Source: Callorhinchus milii
Lineage: Eukaryota
Length of the DNA: 64,000 nt
Reading direction: 5' to 3'
Assembly: GCF_018977255.1 (NCBI RefSeq)
Contig: NW_024704743.1
Location: 82,772,001 to 82,836,000, forward strand
Shown: positions 25,194 to 37,986 of the stretch, in pieces
How positions within the stretch are numbered: position 1 is the stretch's first letter
How the letters are laid out: the number at the start of each line of letters is the position of its first letter
Program-made: the position numbers and the translations under genes
Notes under the pieces: model-generated
Seen by the model: only the letters and a program-made list of their open reading frames with translations
Database searches by the model: none
What the model was told of the DNA's origin: nothing

Positions 25194-26252
25194 ACATTAT
25201 AACTTAATTCAAAAAGAAAATACCCCTGCAAGTGCTGTTTGCTGCTGAAGTAGCTTTCCAGGCCTACTTGCTTGCTGTCCACTGATATCTCACCAAAGTG
25301 ACCATTCATGACATGTGAGCGAGGTGAGTGAGTTTTGAAAGACTGTACAGGAGAAGCACAGACAAGGCTGCTCCTGCCCTTCCATGATGCCCATGTAACT
25401 TTGCTGCAGTGTTTACCCACCACTTAATAGGAGCAGGAACTCTGGCTGAATTCTTTCTCTCCCTAGCCTTGAGCAACAACAACAACAAATTGGATTTATT
25501 CAGTGCCCTTCACACACAACAGTGTCTCAGAGTGCTGTGAGAGGAGTTATAATACTCTGCCTTCCCTTGCAACTGAAATCAATTAACTCAACCCAAGGAT
25601 CTTCCCAATCTGTACAGCTTCTGTTTCACATAGTATAATTGTTTTTAACCAAGTGAGCCATTGTCAGACCCACATTTCCTTTCTTTTTATTCAACATGGA
25701 AAGAAGAAAACAACCTTAGCCTTGTAGTATTTTAAAAAACACTGAATCTTTTTTATATTAAAATATATTTTGTGAGATGGTGCTGCTGTTTTGTGGCTGT
25801 GTGGTAATGTTTCCAGTCAGTTCACATTGTCCCTCAATAGAAAATTGGTTGCCAGGTGTCCTCAATCACACGACTGAATTCTGATAAGGTATAATCAAAA
25901 TTAAATTTTCCCCGACTGTTGCATTCGTGTTAAGCAGTGAAACATGCTTATTATCACATCATTTTATATCATAATCTGATTATCATAGAACTCCAAAATG
26001 GCAAACCATTTCCAATTAATTTCCATATAATTTAACCCAGTTTATGTTATTATAGAGCACATTTAAAGCTGCATGAACTCACACTTTTTATTTTTTTATT
26101 TTGCGAATTCTCATTAAAATGCACCTCTTGGAAAATCTGCAAAAGGAAAGCTGAAGTTGCAAGAACGTTGAAAATAAACCACAGCTGTATTTCATAAGTA
26201 AATTGATGATGGCTTTTTGACTGAACACAAGGCAGCCTAAGTGTAAAATAAA

Positions 26253-26856
26253 AATAATAAATGATTCTTGAATTTGATATAGGACCTTCCTTCTCGGGAG
26301 GTTGTCTCAAAGAGCTTCACAGGAATCTTACTGTAAAGTGAAGTGACTATTTTGTATGCATCCAATTCTGCACACAACCACATCTCACAAACAGCTATGA
26401 AGTGAATGACTTCATATAATAAATTATATGGAAATTATATGGGGAATTGTTGGCCTGGACACCATGAGAAACCGTTCTCTTTTTGAATATTCTCATAGGA
26501 TTTTTAAACCCTGTCGGAACAGGTAGACAGGGTGTCAGATCAATGTCTAATTTGAGGTAGAACAGCACCTCTGACAATAATAATAATTCTTGCATTTGAT
26601 ACAGCGCCCCACCTCGTCTTTGAGACTCTCAAAGTGTTTCACAGAATATACTGCAAAGTGAATTGATTGTATATTTTGTGGGCGAAACGCGGCAGCCAAT
26701 TGGGCACTTCAGTGCCCCACAAACAGTCAATGCAGTGGTCCCCAGCACTGTATTGAAGTATCAGCCGAGACAATGAGTTAACGTTTCAACGTAGGGCTTG
26801 AACTCACAGCCTTCTAACTCAGATGTGAGATCAATCAACTAGCCCAAGGCTAACAC
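26253..26856 (-). mobile_element. Old DeuSINE (SacSINE1/AmnSINE1-like), split by the younger SINE
   Basis: cacaaacagctatga...ttggcctggacacc...cagcacctctgacaat | gcagtggtccccagcactgtattgaagtatcagcc...cttgaactcacagccttctaactcaga. Confidence 0.75.
26576..26728 (-). mobile_element. Young SINE 3' fragment inserted into an older DeuSINE
   Basis: aataataattcttgcatttgatacagcgcc...cacaaacagtc, flanked by caat on both sides. Confidence 0.85.
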
Positions 26857-29800
26857 CTGAAAGATGGATGTATTTGTGTTTAGGACAGTTTTTTGTGAGG
26901 TCAATGCCCTAATTTTGATTGGTTGTGTTGATTTTCACCACAGAGAATTTCCACTGCCCAGATTAGCAGTGTAAACGGATTATAGCTACAACATTTTTCT
27001 TTATATAATTGTTTGAATTTTTGTGAACCCCTTTTACTTTTTGCCCCCCCACCCTCTTCAGTCTTCCTGCTCCCCAATGACAATGCAACTTTTGCGAGTG
27101 ACAGTATTGGCAGCAAAAGAAATCTTGCAGAAACATCAAGTGTATATTAACACATCAAAGTCACTGCATTTCTAATGGTTAGAAAACATGTAATTTAGAA
27201 GAAGTCAATAATTTTGGTATCAATCAAGACTGAAGAAGCTTCACTACTTCTGTAGAAAAGTTGCATACTGTTGAAACCCACTGATAACCATTTAACTCGT
27301 GAAGTGTGTACTGTTTTAAGGAAATCGCTTAAGCTCACCGAGATGCTACCCTGCTTGAAGAGCACTATATAAATGCCAGTTCTTGTTGTTGAAATTGTCA
27401 TTTTAACGTAAAGCGAGATGTTATTTTAATTGTAATGTACTGTGCTGTTAATTATCATTTTAGCATCGTCTCCATTACCATGTCTACAATTAACCTTTTT
27501 TCCTTTGAAAAATGTAGAGACCATGAGATTCTGAAGAGTTGACTGAAAGATATTGATCGAAATTCAGGAACTATATAATTTATTGTTGAATTATAAAACT
27601 GTACTCTCTGCATCTCTGACCTGACTTAAAGAACCTGCAGTTGTAAAAAACTAAGCATACCAGCGACCATATAGAGGCTTCTGCTGCTGATTTTTATTTC
27701 TACTCTCAAACTGGGATAAAATGCATGCCAGGGACAGCTGATTGGCAGTTTTCGATGCAGTCATTGTTGCTCACAATAGTCAGCAGAGTTCATGTATGTT
27801 CATAGTGTTTTAGACAAGTAAAATTTTCTCCGCAGGCATTGCTCTATTAAATACAGTTGCAGTCAAGGGAAAAGAAATCTGAATATTGTCAAGAATCTCT
27901 GAGCGTAGGGAGTAAGCAGAGCTGTAGATTTCTATATTTCCCGAGGCGTTTTAGATATATTTATATTTTTAATCAACGGACTACATCACGTGGTGGTTGA
28001 AAAGTTTGTGTCAAAACAAAAATGTTTAGGCTACTTCTACCTTTTTGTTTTACCATATGTGTCCTCAGTACAGTTAACTGTGTAATCTGGTATGTGAAGG
28101 GACACAGTGGAATTAAATATATTCTCTGATGACTTATTATTCTTTTGCAGTTTTTAATTGGAAGTTTAGTTGACTTAGCTTTGGCAAAACCAGCTTATTG
28201 TCTTTATGTACTTTTTTATTTTATAATGACTGCTACAGCTTTAGAAAGATGATTCATGAAAGTTATGATAAATAGTGCATTTTGCTGTCAGCTTTAAAGG
28301 ACAGAGTTAAAGTACCATATTTTGAAAATGACATTTATTAATATAGTGGAAATTACATGTTGGTTATGAAAATATGTTTTGAGACGATCCTTGAGTCTTG
28401 TACTTGCACCATTTTTCAAGAGATGAAGTTAATGACTGATTAACAACAGCAATTAAAAGATGAGAAAAAGGCATATAATTAAAATTGCAGCACTTGCTTT
28501 GTCAAGTAAGCGTGTCATCTATTGTATAGTTGTTAAAAGCAAAAGGAAAGAAACCAGCATTTAATTTAGTCTCGTTTTAAACAGGAGACTAATAATTTGC
28601 CTGTAGATGCATGCTTGAAGGTTGTAACTCATGTTTAACTGAGGCTGTGTCATTAGAAGTTCACAGCCATGTATTTTCTGTTGACAGTCATCGACAGCGA
28701 ATATTTGGCAGTCAGAAGTAATTTAACTTAATTAATGGGATGCATATTTGATGGAGGAATAAAATATTCAGGCTCAGCAAAGTGGAAAAAGGAAAGATTT
28801 AGTGGGAGTAAAAGGTTGAAGAATGTAATTTGTGCATTCATTCTGCTGCTCAGAATTATGAATTGTCTTATAGTGATATAAAGCCTAGCTGATCCTTAGA
28901 TAGAAATGTGCTGTCCCTTAACAAATAAAGCAATCAGGATGACAGTCTGTGATTTAATTGATAGTGGGGGTAAGATCACTGTAACAAATGAGGCAGGAAT
29001 ATTGCACTGAATTTAAAAACTGTTTGGAATAAAAGTTGGCTGCAAAGATTTTGAATATTTAGTATATTTTTAATAGTATTATTATTCCTCTGTTGAAGCA
29101 TACCGCTGCAAGTTAATGCAGTATCCTTAATCTCTCTTGGCACATTTTAATTGGCTTCCTGTAGAAATAGATTATTTCATGGTAAAATTGCTCTGTAATT
29201 TGATTGTGGGGAGAGTGGCACCTGCTTTTAACACCTTGAACACTTGAACTTATTGCTGCCTTGGCAACTACTGATGCAATAAATTGTAAAAGTAGCGGCT
29301 TGAGCATGTTTCTGATCATTTTGCAGTCTGATCGACACATTCAAATTCCATTATGAATGTAATCGTATTGTATGTATCCATTTTAATAAATGTACAGTAC
29401 CGATAATGGTTTAAAATAGAAGAGACTTCACAGAGATGAAACCAGCAATTTAGCAAATGTTAATATCTCACATTTCACACGTGCTTTAGGGATGTTGCCT
29501 GTTCTTCCCTTAAAATGCAGGGCACTGTGTGAATGCTGTAGAAAATCAATATGATTTACAGAGTATTGTGCAGGAGGAAGCAAACTGCTGTTATTAGTGG
29601 TGAACAGAAGGTGCATTGGTGTCCATTACTGTAATGGATTAGAACTTAAGTAGTGGGTGTAAACATGATCTCACAGCTAGCATGTAAAGTGTAGAAGCTG
29701 TAATATCTTTTTCCTTTTTTTCCAAAAAGTGTCACTAAACAAAATGCAAAAACAGTAGAATTAAAGCTCACATCCCAAAGCGAAGGATTAGTAATACATA

Positions 29801-31099
29801 TGCCAAACATTTTTGTCCAAATTCATTGCACTACACATTCTGTATTGTTCGTATATATAGATAACAACAACTTGCAATAACATGTAAAGCCACTTTTATG
29901 TGGGTGAACATCTCAAAGTGCTTCACAAAGATGCTGAGAATAAACGTACGGTAGGAGTTGAAGCGTTTGACCTATCATGGAGAGGGTTAATTGGTTGAAA
30001 AGTCTGGCATCAAAGAAAGTATGGATTCCAGAATTTTGCCCATCAGGTCTTATGGAGCTGGGAAGAGCCAGTGAAAAGATTGGTGAAGTTGAGAATCAAG
30101 GTGAATCAGTACATAAGTAGTCACAAATTGTTGTTGTTGACATCTAACAAGTAGTTGATCAGAACGGCAACGATTCTGGATTTGAGGGTAGAAGTGGAGA
30201 GGTAAAGGTTGGTGTCCTTGGCATTTGTGTAAAACCTGATAATGTAACAAGTAGTGCCTTCTCATTTGAAATGATTGAAACTACACTGGTAAAAGTTTTT
30301 GGTGAGTAATTAAAATAGTATCAGGTTGTTCTCCACCCCATCCATATCCAGAGAAAACTGATGATTACACTGTTATAGAATATAGAAATTTAAGTGGAAG
30401 GAACTTTGTTCTCAAGACTGCATCTGATAGTTGTTTTGCAAGTGAACCTCTCATCCAGTTTCTCCAGAAAGCTACACATTTATTATTTTTAGCTTGTCAG
30501 AAAAAGTTGCAGTTGGCAATATTAAAAATGAATGTAAATGTTGCAAATTGCTGCAGGCCAGCCTTTGCATCAATTCCAGCACCCATCACAGGCTTACAGG
30601 GAGGTGCTGTGAAAGGTCGGCAAGATGCAAATGTTTACAAAATATTTCCTCCTATCTCATCCATTAACTGACGCCACATCATTCGAAAAGACTGCCAGAA
30701 GGCTTTCTACATCAGACTGACGTGTCAAAATTCTGTCCATTTTGCCTTTAAATTTATTAACATTTCTATTATATTTGTTGAACATAACCATTTGTGAAGC
30801 CGCGAGGTGTGTGTGTGTTGTGGGGGTCAAACTGAAAATGGGGAGACTTTATTTTTGCTGTTTTAATCGGTGATTTTTCCTCGAAGTTCTATTGCCTTTC
30901 AACCTTGCAAATGATAGGCTGTAATATGTTTTATGGACATATAAATATCACAAGAGCAGTTCTTGATTTGCATCTTATTTTTAGTTTTTTTTCCTTGCAT
31001 GTTCAAGCATGGGGCACCTATTTCTTGTGTAATTGTCATCAGTATGACTTTGTGACTAAATTCAACAAATCGATAATGTTTTGCTCATCCTGATCAAAT

Positions 31100-31324
31100 G
31101 ATAATAATAATCCTTGCACTTGATACAGCGCCTTATTGAATCTTCGAGACGTCTCAAAGGGCTTCACAGAATATACTGTAAAGTGAATTGACTGTATATT
31201 TTGCGGGCAAAATGTGGCAGTCAATTACGCACAGCAGTGTCCCACAAACAGTCGTGGATTGAGTGACCAAATTATTATTATTATTGTTTTTTGAAGGGAT
31301 TATTACCCTTGGAAAAGCGATCCG
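31100..31324 (-). mobile_element. 5'-truncated SINE
   Basis: ataataataatccttgcacttgatacagcgcc...gggattattacccttggaaaagcgatccg. Confidence 0.9.
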
Positions 31325-33631
31325 TAGGTAGAAGGAAGGCAAGGGAAGTTCCTATTAAGTGGCTGTCGCTTTGTTCTAAAGTTACTGACAGCAGGTAAGG
31401 TGGCCATTGGTCACTGTGTAACCAACTATTTTTTTACACTCTGAAATGGTAATACTATCCCAGCTCACATGACAGAACTGCTCAAAACCTTGGAAAGTTT
31501 AGTGCTAAAACCACTTTTTATGAGGTACACAATTTGGCCTGGGATAACTCCTTGTAACAAAGTGTCCTTTATCTGCATACTTTGTCCATTGAAATGATTG
31601 CTATAAACATACTGAGATGATTCATACATTTTTTAGTGAAGCCTCTTATTTTGGTATGGCAACCAGTTCTTGGAATACCAACTCTGCACAATGAAAACAA
31701 GAACTTAGAAAGCACTGATAGAACGTTTCTCTGAAAATATGCCCAGTGCTTCCAAGCAAGCATAAAAACTTAATCTACCCTTCTAATCTTATAGCATGCA
31801 TTTGGAGTTTAAGGGAAACATTGGGGAGATGATTTAGCAGAACATATTTCTACAGCAGGTTAATTATGAGTGGTCAGGGCATGCAAACCAATTTTTCTTT
31901 TCTTATTGAACTCCCAAATAACAAGAAGATGTATATTTGAATTTATTTTGGAGGGAGAAATAGTAGAGGGATGATCAAGCCTTTGAATTTAAATTGTAAT
32001 GTATTTAGTCCTTTAATCACACCACGTTGTGACACATTTTCCTGCCATAAATGCATCCTGCAGAAAAAAAATAAGGTCACATTAGATTTTGAATTACCTA
32101 AATCATATTACATGCTGTCATCTTATACACTTGCTCAAGATATTCACTAACACAAGATTACTCACCGACTTGTAAGAGAGAAATCCAAGTATACTGTCAA
32201 TGGAGTCAATATCTCACTTGAGCCATGCCCTGTTTGCAACAATTCTATTATTTACATATTTTACATTTTTATACGTTAATCATTTAGGACTTGAAAAAAA
32301 ATCAAAGAATCAAAATCTGGCTTCATTCAATTAACCCTCACCCAAACATGCAATATTTCCATCATCCCACAGGGGAGGGAAAATAACCTGGAATAATGAT
32401 CCCTTAAGAGAATCTTGCCTTCAGTGGCCTTCAGCCTTTATCCATTTTGGTGTATATAAAGCTTTGTTTTGGATCATACCTTGTCACTTTCACTCATCAT
32501 CAACAGAACATCTGTCTCCCACACAAGAAACAGTCTAAAATTGCCATTTATTAGTTTTCTGTTTATTTAAATATGATTCGGATTCACTCCTGACCACCTT
32601 CACTAGTTGCAGTTAAAATGTGTTCAGTATCACAGATCCTTCCCAGCTACTACCTCTCACAATACCAGTCTTCATAATAGCACTACTTTTCAAAGGGTGA
32701 AACCTATCTCAGGCTAAGCACATGGGCATAAAATGACCACTTTATTTTCTAAAGGCGATGATGGCTATTAAGAATGTTAAAGCTAAGTTCTTTAACCAGT
32801 TCTCTGGGTTCATCTCAGCACAAGAGTACTTCTCAACTTCTGAATCAGATAAAGGATAGAGCACAAGCATAATGGGGTAACTGGTAGCAATGAGTGTTTT
32901 GGGATCCCAAACAACCTCAACAGTTTAAAGCAGTCATTTAGGCTCTGGAATAAGTGTTGATCCAGAGCAACTTTGACAATTAGCCCCAACTAGACATTGC
33001 AAAGTACTGACTCATTGACAATTACAAGAAACACAACAGTTCACGCATCAGTTGAGGAACTTCATCAAATAGGTTGTATCAGTGCTGTACCCTCCAACAT
33101 TGAGCTACACCCTTTGGGTGTTTCCAGCATGGAATGACCAACCACTTTGTTTTTTAGTAAGTGAAGATGGCCATTAAGAATGTTAAAGCTCAGTTAAAGA
33201 TTTAACTTAGATGGTTAAACCAAAGTTTCAACCAACTCTGTTTAAGACATAAGTAAAACATGAAATACCCCCAAAGAAATAAAAACATTACCTTTTTAGG
33301 ATTTTCCCCAGAGACTGAGCTTGCGAATTTATAGCAGGGTCCCAGGAAGAAAAATTAATCCTCCCTCTCCTCACTAAATGATTTCAAGTCACAGGCTCCT
33401 TCCACACGCACCCCTCCTCCCCCCACTTCATTTCTTTGGGGAAGGTGGAACTATCTGAGGGAAGTGATGAAGAACATTTTGAGCACCAACTCAAACTTGC
33501 TCAATGTGGATGCAGAAAATAAAAGGTTTTGTTCTGCTGGGAAAATTGGAGTTTTATATCATAATCTTTGTAAATGTGGAACAGTTTGAGAGGGAAAACA
33601 AGAGTGCTCTTCATAGGAAGAGAACATTTCC

Positions 33632-33790
33632 TTTTTTTTAAGGGATTATTACCATCGGAAAAGCAATCCGCGAATCAACAAACAGCCAAGTTCTTACTTA
33701 CTGCTAAGTAAACAGAGGGTTGTGGAGTAAGGAAATTTGCCTAATGTTTCGCCCTGCCTGGAAATTGAACCCGAATTTCTCACTTGCATG
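33632..33790 (-). mobile_element. SINE 5' portion
   Basis: agggattattaccatcggaaaagc...tggagtaaggaaatttgcc...gaacccgaatttctcacttgc. Confidence 0.82.
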
Positions 33791-33837
33791 ACTCCCAGAA
33801 GTAATGACTGCTCTGAGCTCTGAGTTCCCAGAAGTTC

Positions 33838-33902
33838 TAAGCGCTCTGAGACGCCTTCCGGCATGGAGGACGCTATATAAATCAAAGTTGTTGTTGTTGT
33901 TG
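33838..33902 (+). mobile_element. Short L2 3' tail
   Basis: aagcgctctgagacgccttccggcatggaggacgctatataaatcaaag(ttg)n, like 11885-11945. Confidence 0.75.
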
Positions 33903-33996
33903 ACTGCAGAATCCCAGTGACACAGAAATTCTTGTGTCCTCTGGAGCATTGTTCACTTCAGTCTGCATCTTTAGATACCTGTGCTTCTCTTAACAT

Positions 33997-34185
33997 AAGT
34001 GGTGGCCAACCCATGGGCCACAAGTAGCCCACTGAACATTTACACTTGTCTAGGTAACTCTGTGTTAAATCAATATTTTGTCTAGTAGCTGCTGAGCAGT
34101 GATATTTATGGTGTGGCCATAAATCAAGAAATATTAATTCAAGAAAAAACTATTAGGTTGGTTGACCAAAAAGTTGGCCACCCCG
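33997..34185. mobile_element. hAT (Charlie-like) non-autonomous MITE, about 190 bp
   Basis: TIRs aagtggtggccaac / gttggccaccccg; 8-bp flanks cttaacat and ctttagat (6/8 identical). Confidence 0.65.
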
Positions 34186-34224
34186 CTTTAGATGTCCACG
34201 TTTTTAACTAGTTAATCGATGCAG

Positions 34225-34393
34225 CAGCAACAGCAATAATAAATTTCATTAATAGAGTGCCTTTCACATTGGTAGGATGTCCCAAAGCGCTGGGCAATAA
34301 AGGGTTTGCACCCGAGCTGAGAGTTGGACTCAAGAGGTGGAGGGAAGGAGGGGTGGATGAGAGTGGGAGGGTGACCAAAGGCAAGGTCAAACA
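34225..34393 (-). mobile_element. L2 3' end
   Basis: gtgcctttcacattggtaggatgtcccaaagcgctgg followed by purine-rich 3' UTR. Confidence 0.7.
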
Positions 34394-34416
34394 AAGTTAA
34401 CCCTCATCCAGGACTT

Positions 34417-34545
34417 GATAATAATAATAATGATAAGAATAATAATCCTTACATTTGATATAGCGCCTTATCACATCTTTAAGACATCTCAAAGCGCTTC
34501 ACAGAATATATTGTAAAGTGAATTGTTTGTATATTTTGTGGGCAT
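34417..34545 (-). mobile_element. SINE 3' tail fragment
   Basis: aatccttacatttgatatagcgccttatcac...ttttgtgggc; similar tail fragments at 3590-3715 (+), 11990-12098 (+), 38095-38195 (-), 49965-50116 (-). Confidence 0.85.
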
Positions 34546-34560
34546 TTTTTTATTTTGTCT

Positions 34561-34707
34561 GAGATAAACTGTCAGGACAGCAGTTTGAGGGAGAAAGCAG
34601 ATATAGATTTGGGTGTCATCCGCATACATGTGGAAGTTAACCCTATCTGATCACCAAGTGAGAGTATGTAAATATTAAAGAGTATGTAAATATTAAAGAA
34701 GAGAGGA
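34561..34707 (-). mobile_element. L2 RT core fragment
   Basis: Reverse complement ttccacatgtatgcggatgacacccaaatctat = [11 protein letters not shown]. Confidence 0.8.
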
Positions 34708-35045
34708 ACATTTGTTTTCATTCCGCTATCCATGAAAATGCATAACCACTTCTATGTAGGGAAAAATATTTCTTCTGATCTTGAGTCATGTTTGAAGCTT
34801 TTTGTTTTAAATTTGTGCCTTGCAGTCCTGCTCTCACTGTCTTAAGTCAATCTTATGTCAAATAGTCTACTTAGATCAGTGTTTATCATTTTAAAAGCTT
34901 GAATCATTTCCCTCCTGAATTCCTCTAGTGAAAACATGTTGAGCTCTTGAGCCTCTCCTCAATAATTCTTTTACTCTCAATTTGTTCTTCTGTGCCCTCT
35001 CCAGTAATGTAATTGTTATACACCAATTGTTGGATTGTAATGTTT

Positions 35046-35214
35046 TCCTTGCATTTGATATAGTGCTTTATCACTTTACAGTATATTCTGTTGAGATGGC
35101 TCAATGATGTCATAAGGTGCTATATCAATTGCAAGGATTATTATTATTATGTTGTCAAACTTACTCAAAGCGCTTTGCATGATTTTACTGTAAAGTGTAT
35201 TGACTGTGTATTGC
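35046..35214. mobile_element. Two SINE tails nested in opposite orientation
   Basis: Minus tail tccttgcatttgatatagtgctttatca interrupted by plus tail (ctttacagtatattctg...gcaaggattattatt), resuming ...ctcaaagcgctttgc...gtaaagtg. Confidence 0.75.
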
Positions 35215-35904
35215 TGTGTTCCCTTCCCTGTTTGGATTCTCTTGAAATGTCTGGTGTAATGTTCAGAAACAAGAGGTTAGGCATGCAATCTGCTCCTAGG
35301 CCACTGCAAAAGCCACTTGTAACCATCGGAGTCCATCCAGGTATGAGTCTCCCATCTGATGTGAATTTCAGAATTCAATGGGTTAAATCTCTATTGCTGG
35401 AGAAAAATTGTTAATTATATTTTGATGATAATTTTTTTTTCTGTGATGAGCGTGTTCAACAAGTGAAACTGGCCTTAGGTCCACACAAAGCATTTTTGCA
35501 CAGTGGCTGATTTTTGGCTCTGGGTAGAATTGTGAATTAGTCACTGTATAATTGCAGTTTCCCCCTTTTTTTAAAAGGTTTGGTAGGTTCACGTTGATGC
35601 AGTTAGTCAAATGTTGCAACACAATGAGGTGCAAAATAGTTGAAATGTTAGGCATTTTTATTCCTGATCGAGATGCGTTGTTTTAATGCTGGGAAATTTA
35701 GACTCTTTCAATTTGCACAATAATTTATTTTATTCCCCTATTCATATAACTGTTCTATTAAACCCCACACAAGTAGAATTGTTTGGATTTAGTTATTTAT
35801 TCACATTGCTATATATCATCTACATTTAGTCTTAACTCAAAATTCAATAATTACATAAAATAATTTGCTGTCACTTAAAAATAAAAGGATATGGTATAAA
35901 TCAA

Positions 35905-36214
35905 TCCGTGAGATGAGATGTTAAACCAAGTTCCTGTCTGCCTGCTGTGGACTTTAAAAATACCACACTTTTCTCAAGCAGTTCTCCAGGATCCCTAAAC
36001 AAAAATATCTTCCTTATCCAAAATTTGCCTGAAAACACAGATATATTGTTCCTTCATCTCATGATTGCTGTTTGTGAAATGTTGTGAGCACAGATCAAGT
36101 GCTTTGTCTGTTACATATCGGCAGCTATTGCACTTCAAAAAGTAACTAATTATGTATAGCTTTGAGAGGTTTTGGCATGATAAAATGGTGTATCAAATTC
36201 AAGGGTTATTATTT
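35905..36214 (+). mobile_element. Old DeuSINE
   Basis: gatgagatgttaaaccaagttcctgtctgcc, ttgctgtttgtg, cacttcaaaaagtaactaatt, tail tcaagggttattatt. Confidence 0.72.
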
Positions 36215-37811
36215 ATAAATCTGTTTTACGAGTTCTACTGTTTTTGTTGACAGTCAGGTCACATTAATGTTGATGTGTGCCTCTGGCTTAAGTACCATAA
36301 AATGATCATGTAGAACCAATCATCAGCTAATATTATATAAAACAGGTTATCTCTAAATCCTTTTATTCTGACTGAATGAGCTTCTTTTAGAGGTGGGGCA
36401 GAAAAAAATATACCTGTGAAATTTCAAAAAAAAAACATGAAATTTCCGTTGGTGCCTTGAAGAGGCAGGAAGAAATCGCATGCTGTGCCTTTAGCCAGTT
36501 CTAGTCCCAGGAAACGCAGGTTTGAGTGCAGGCTGGTGACAAGAGTCCTGTGTGGATCCTGGCTCTTGTTCTTTATTTCCACACCACAGTGGCACCTCGC
36601 CTCATCCTCACTGACTGGAGATCTGAAAAACCAAATTGGGAAAGCTCATGAATGGAAGATTATTGTAAGCTAACCATGCATTGTCGAGTAAAAGGTGCGT
36701 CTCTTCTCTTTCTTACCACAGACAGACATCAGCCTGAGGCAACACCTATTTTCTGTCTCCCCCCACCTTGGCCATGAAGTGTTGCTTACAAAATCTAATA
36801 TTCACTGTCTGGGCTTAGACAATTATTTTGGATATCATTTTTGTTCCTGTAAGCAAATCATGTTTTTTAATCATTGGATAGTGCAGAGCTGTAAGTTTGT
36901 CACAGGAGTCTATGAATTCAATTAATTCATAATATCCTCCCTTCTGGAAAAAAATTACCATCATAAAGCGATGGCTTTATTTATTACACATGAAATACAT
37001 GGAATGCACTGATGGCATTCCCACTTAAAGTCATTGCTGGCCCCAAACCTTGAGAGTGAACACAGTATGTCCCCACCTCCACTGAAAAGCAAAACATTTT
37101 TATTTCTGATTTATTGCAAAACTATATTGAATGCACAAAACTATACAATCCTCTATAAAATAAAATGAGGGAAAATTTTCATATGAAATGAACAATTCCA
37201 GCACCACACAGAACATTTTAATTTGTGACTGATACGAAGAAACATCTAGAAATGCACGTGTTATCTCAAGGAATTGGTATTGTGTCTTCACGACCCCCAT
37301 AGTGAGGGGAGGAGAATGATCTACTCAGAGAGAGACGCACAAAAAAAGCCCCTAATGCACTTTCTGAATTTTACATCTATAGATAATTAGTTCAAATAGA
37401 TTTGAAGTAACGGATAACAGGGAGCAATTTCAAGGCTGTTATCTAATTTTGACATTCAAATATAGCCTCCGAAATCATTCTCTTTGGGTTACGAGTGTCT
37501 GGACGATTCTGCTCCGCATTTAATAAATGAGTTGTGTGTAACTCAAGTACTATTTTATGTGAAAGTCACCAAATATTGCTGTGTATCTTTTTCTTCTGTT
37601 GTTCATTAAAACATGCCACTTTTGTAGCCAGGTCAGATAATTTTCTATCTTTTGTTTTTCCAGTAATTCAGCAGCTTTATGAATAAGTTCCCTGCAAGTC
37701 AAAGAAGTGCAGGCAGGTGGCGTCTGGTCATTGTACATCTGCTGGGTGATGCAGTGGTAGATTATCATTGAATCAAATAACTGACGAAATTGTGGTTAGA
37801 AATGCCTCATG

Positions 37812-37986
37812 GTTAGGAACATAGGAACAGGAGGAGGCCGTTCAGCCCTTCGAGCCTGTTCCGCCATTTAATTAGATAATGGCTGATCTGTACCTCAATT
37901 AATCTTTTCAATTCCAATTTCCCGCTTTCTCCCCGTATCCCTCAATACCCTGACCTACCAAAAATCTATCAACCTCGCTCTTGAAG
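37812..37986 (-). mobile_element. CR1 LINE 3' end (relatively young)
   Basis: ggaacataggaacaggaggaggccgttcagcccttcgagcctgttccgccatt...ttctccccgtatccctcaataccc; typical chondrichthyan CR1 3' UTR. Confidence 0.85.
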
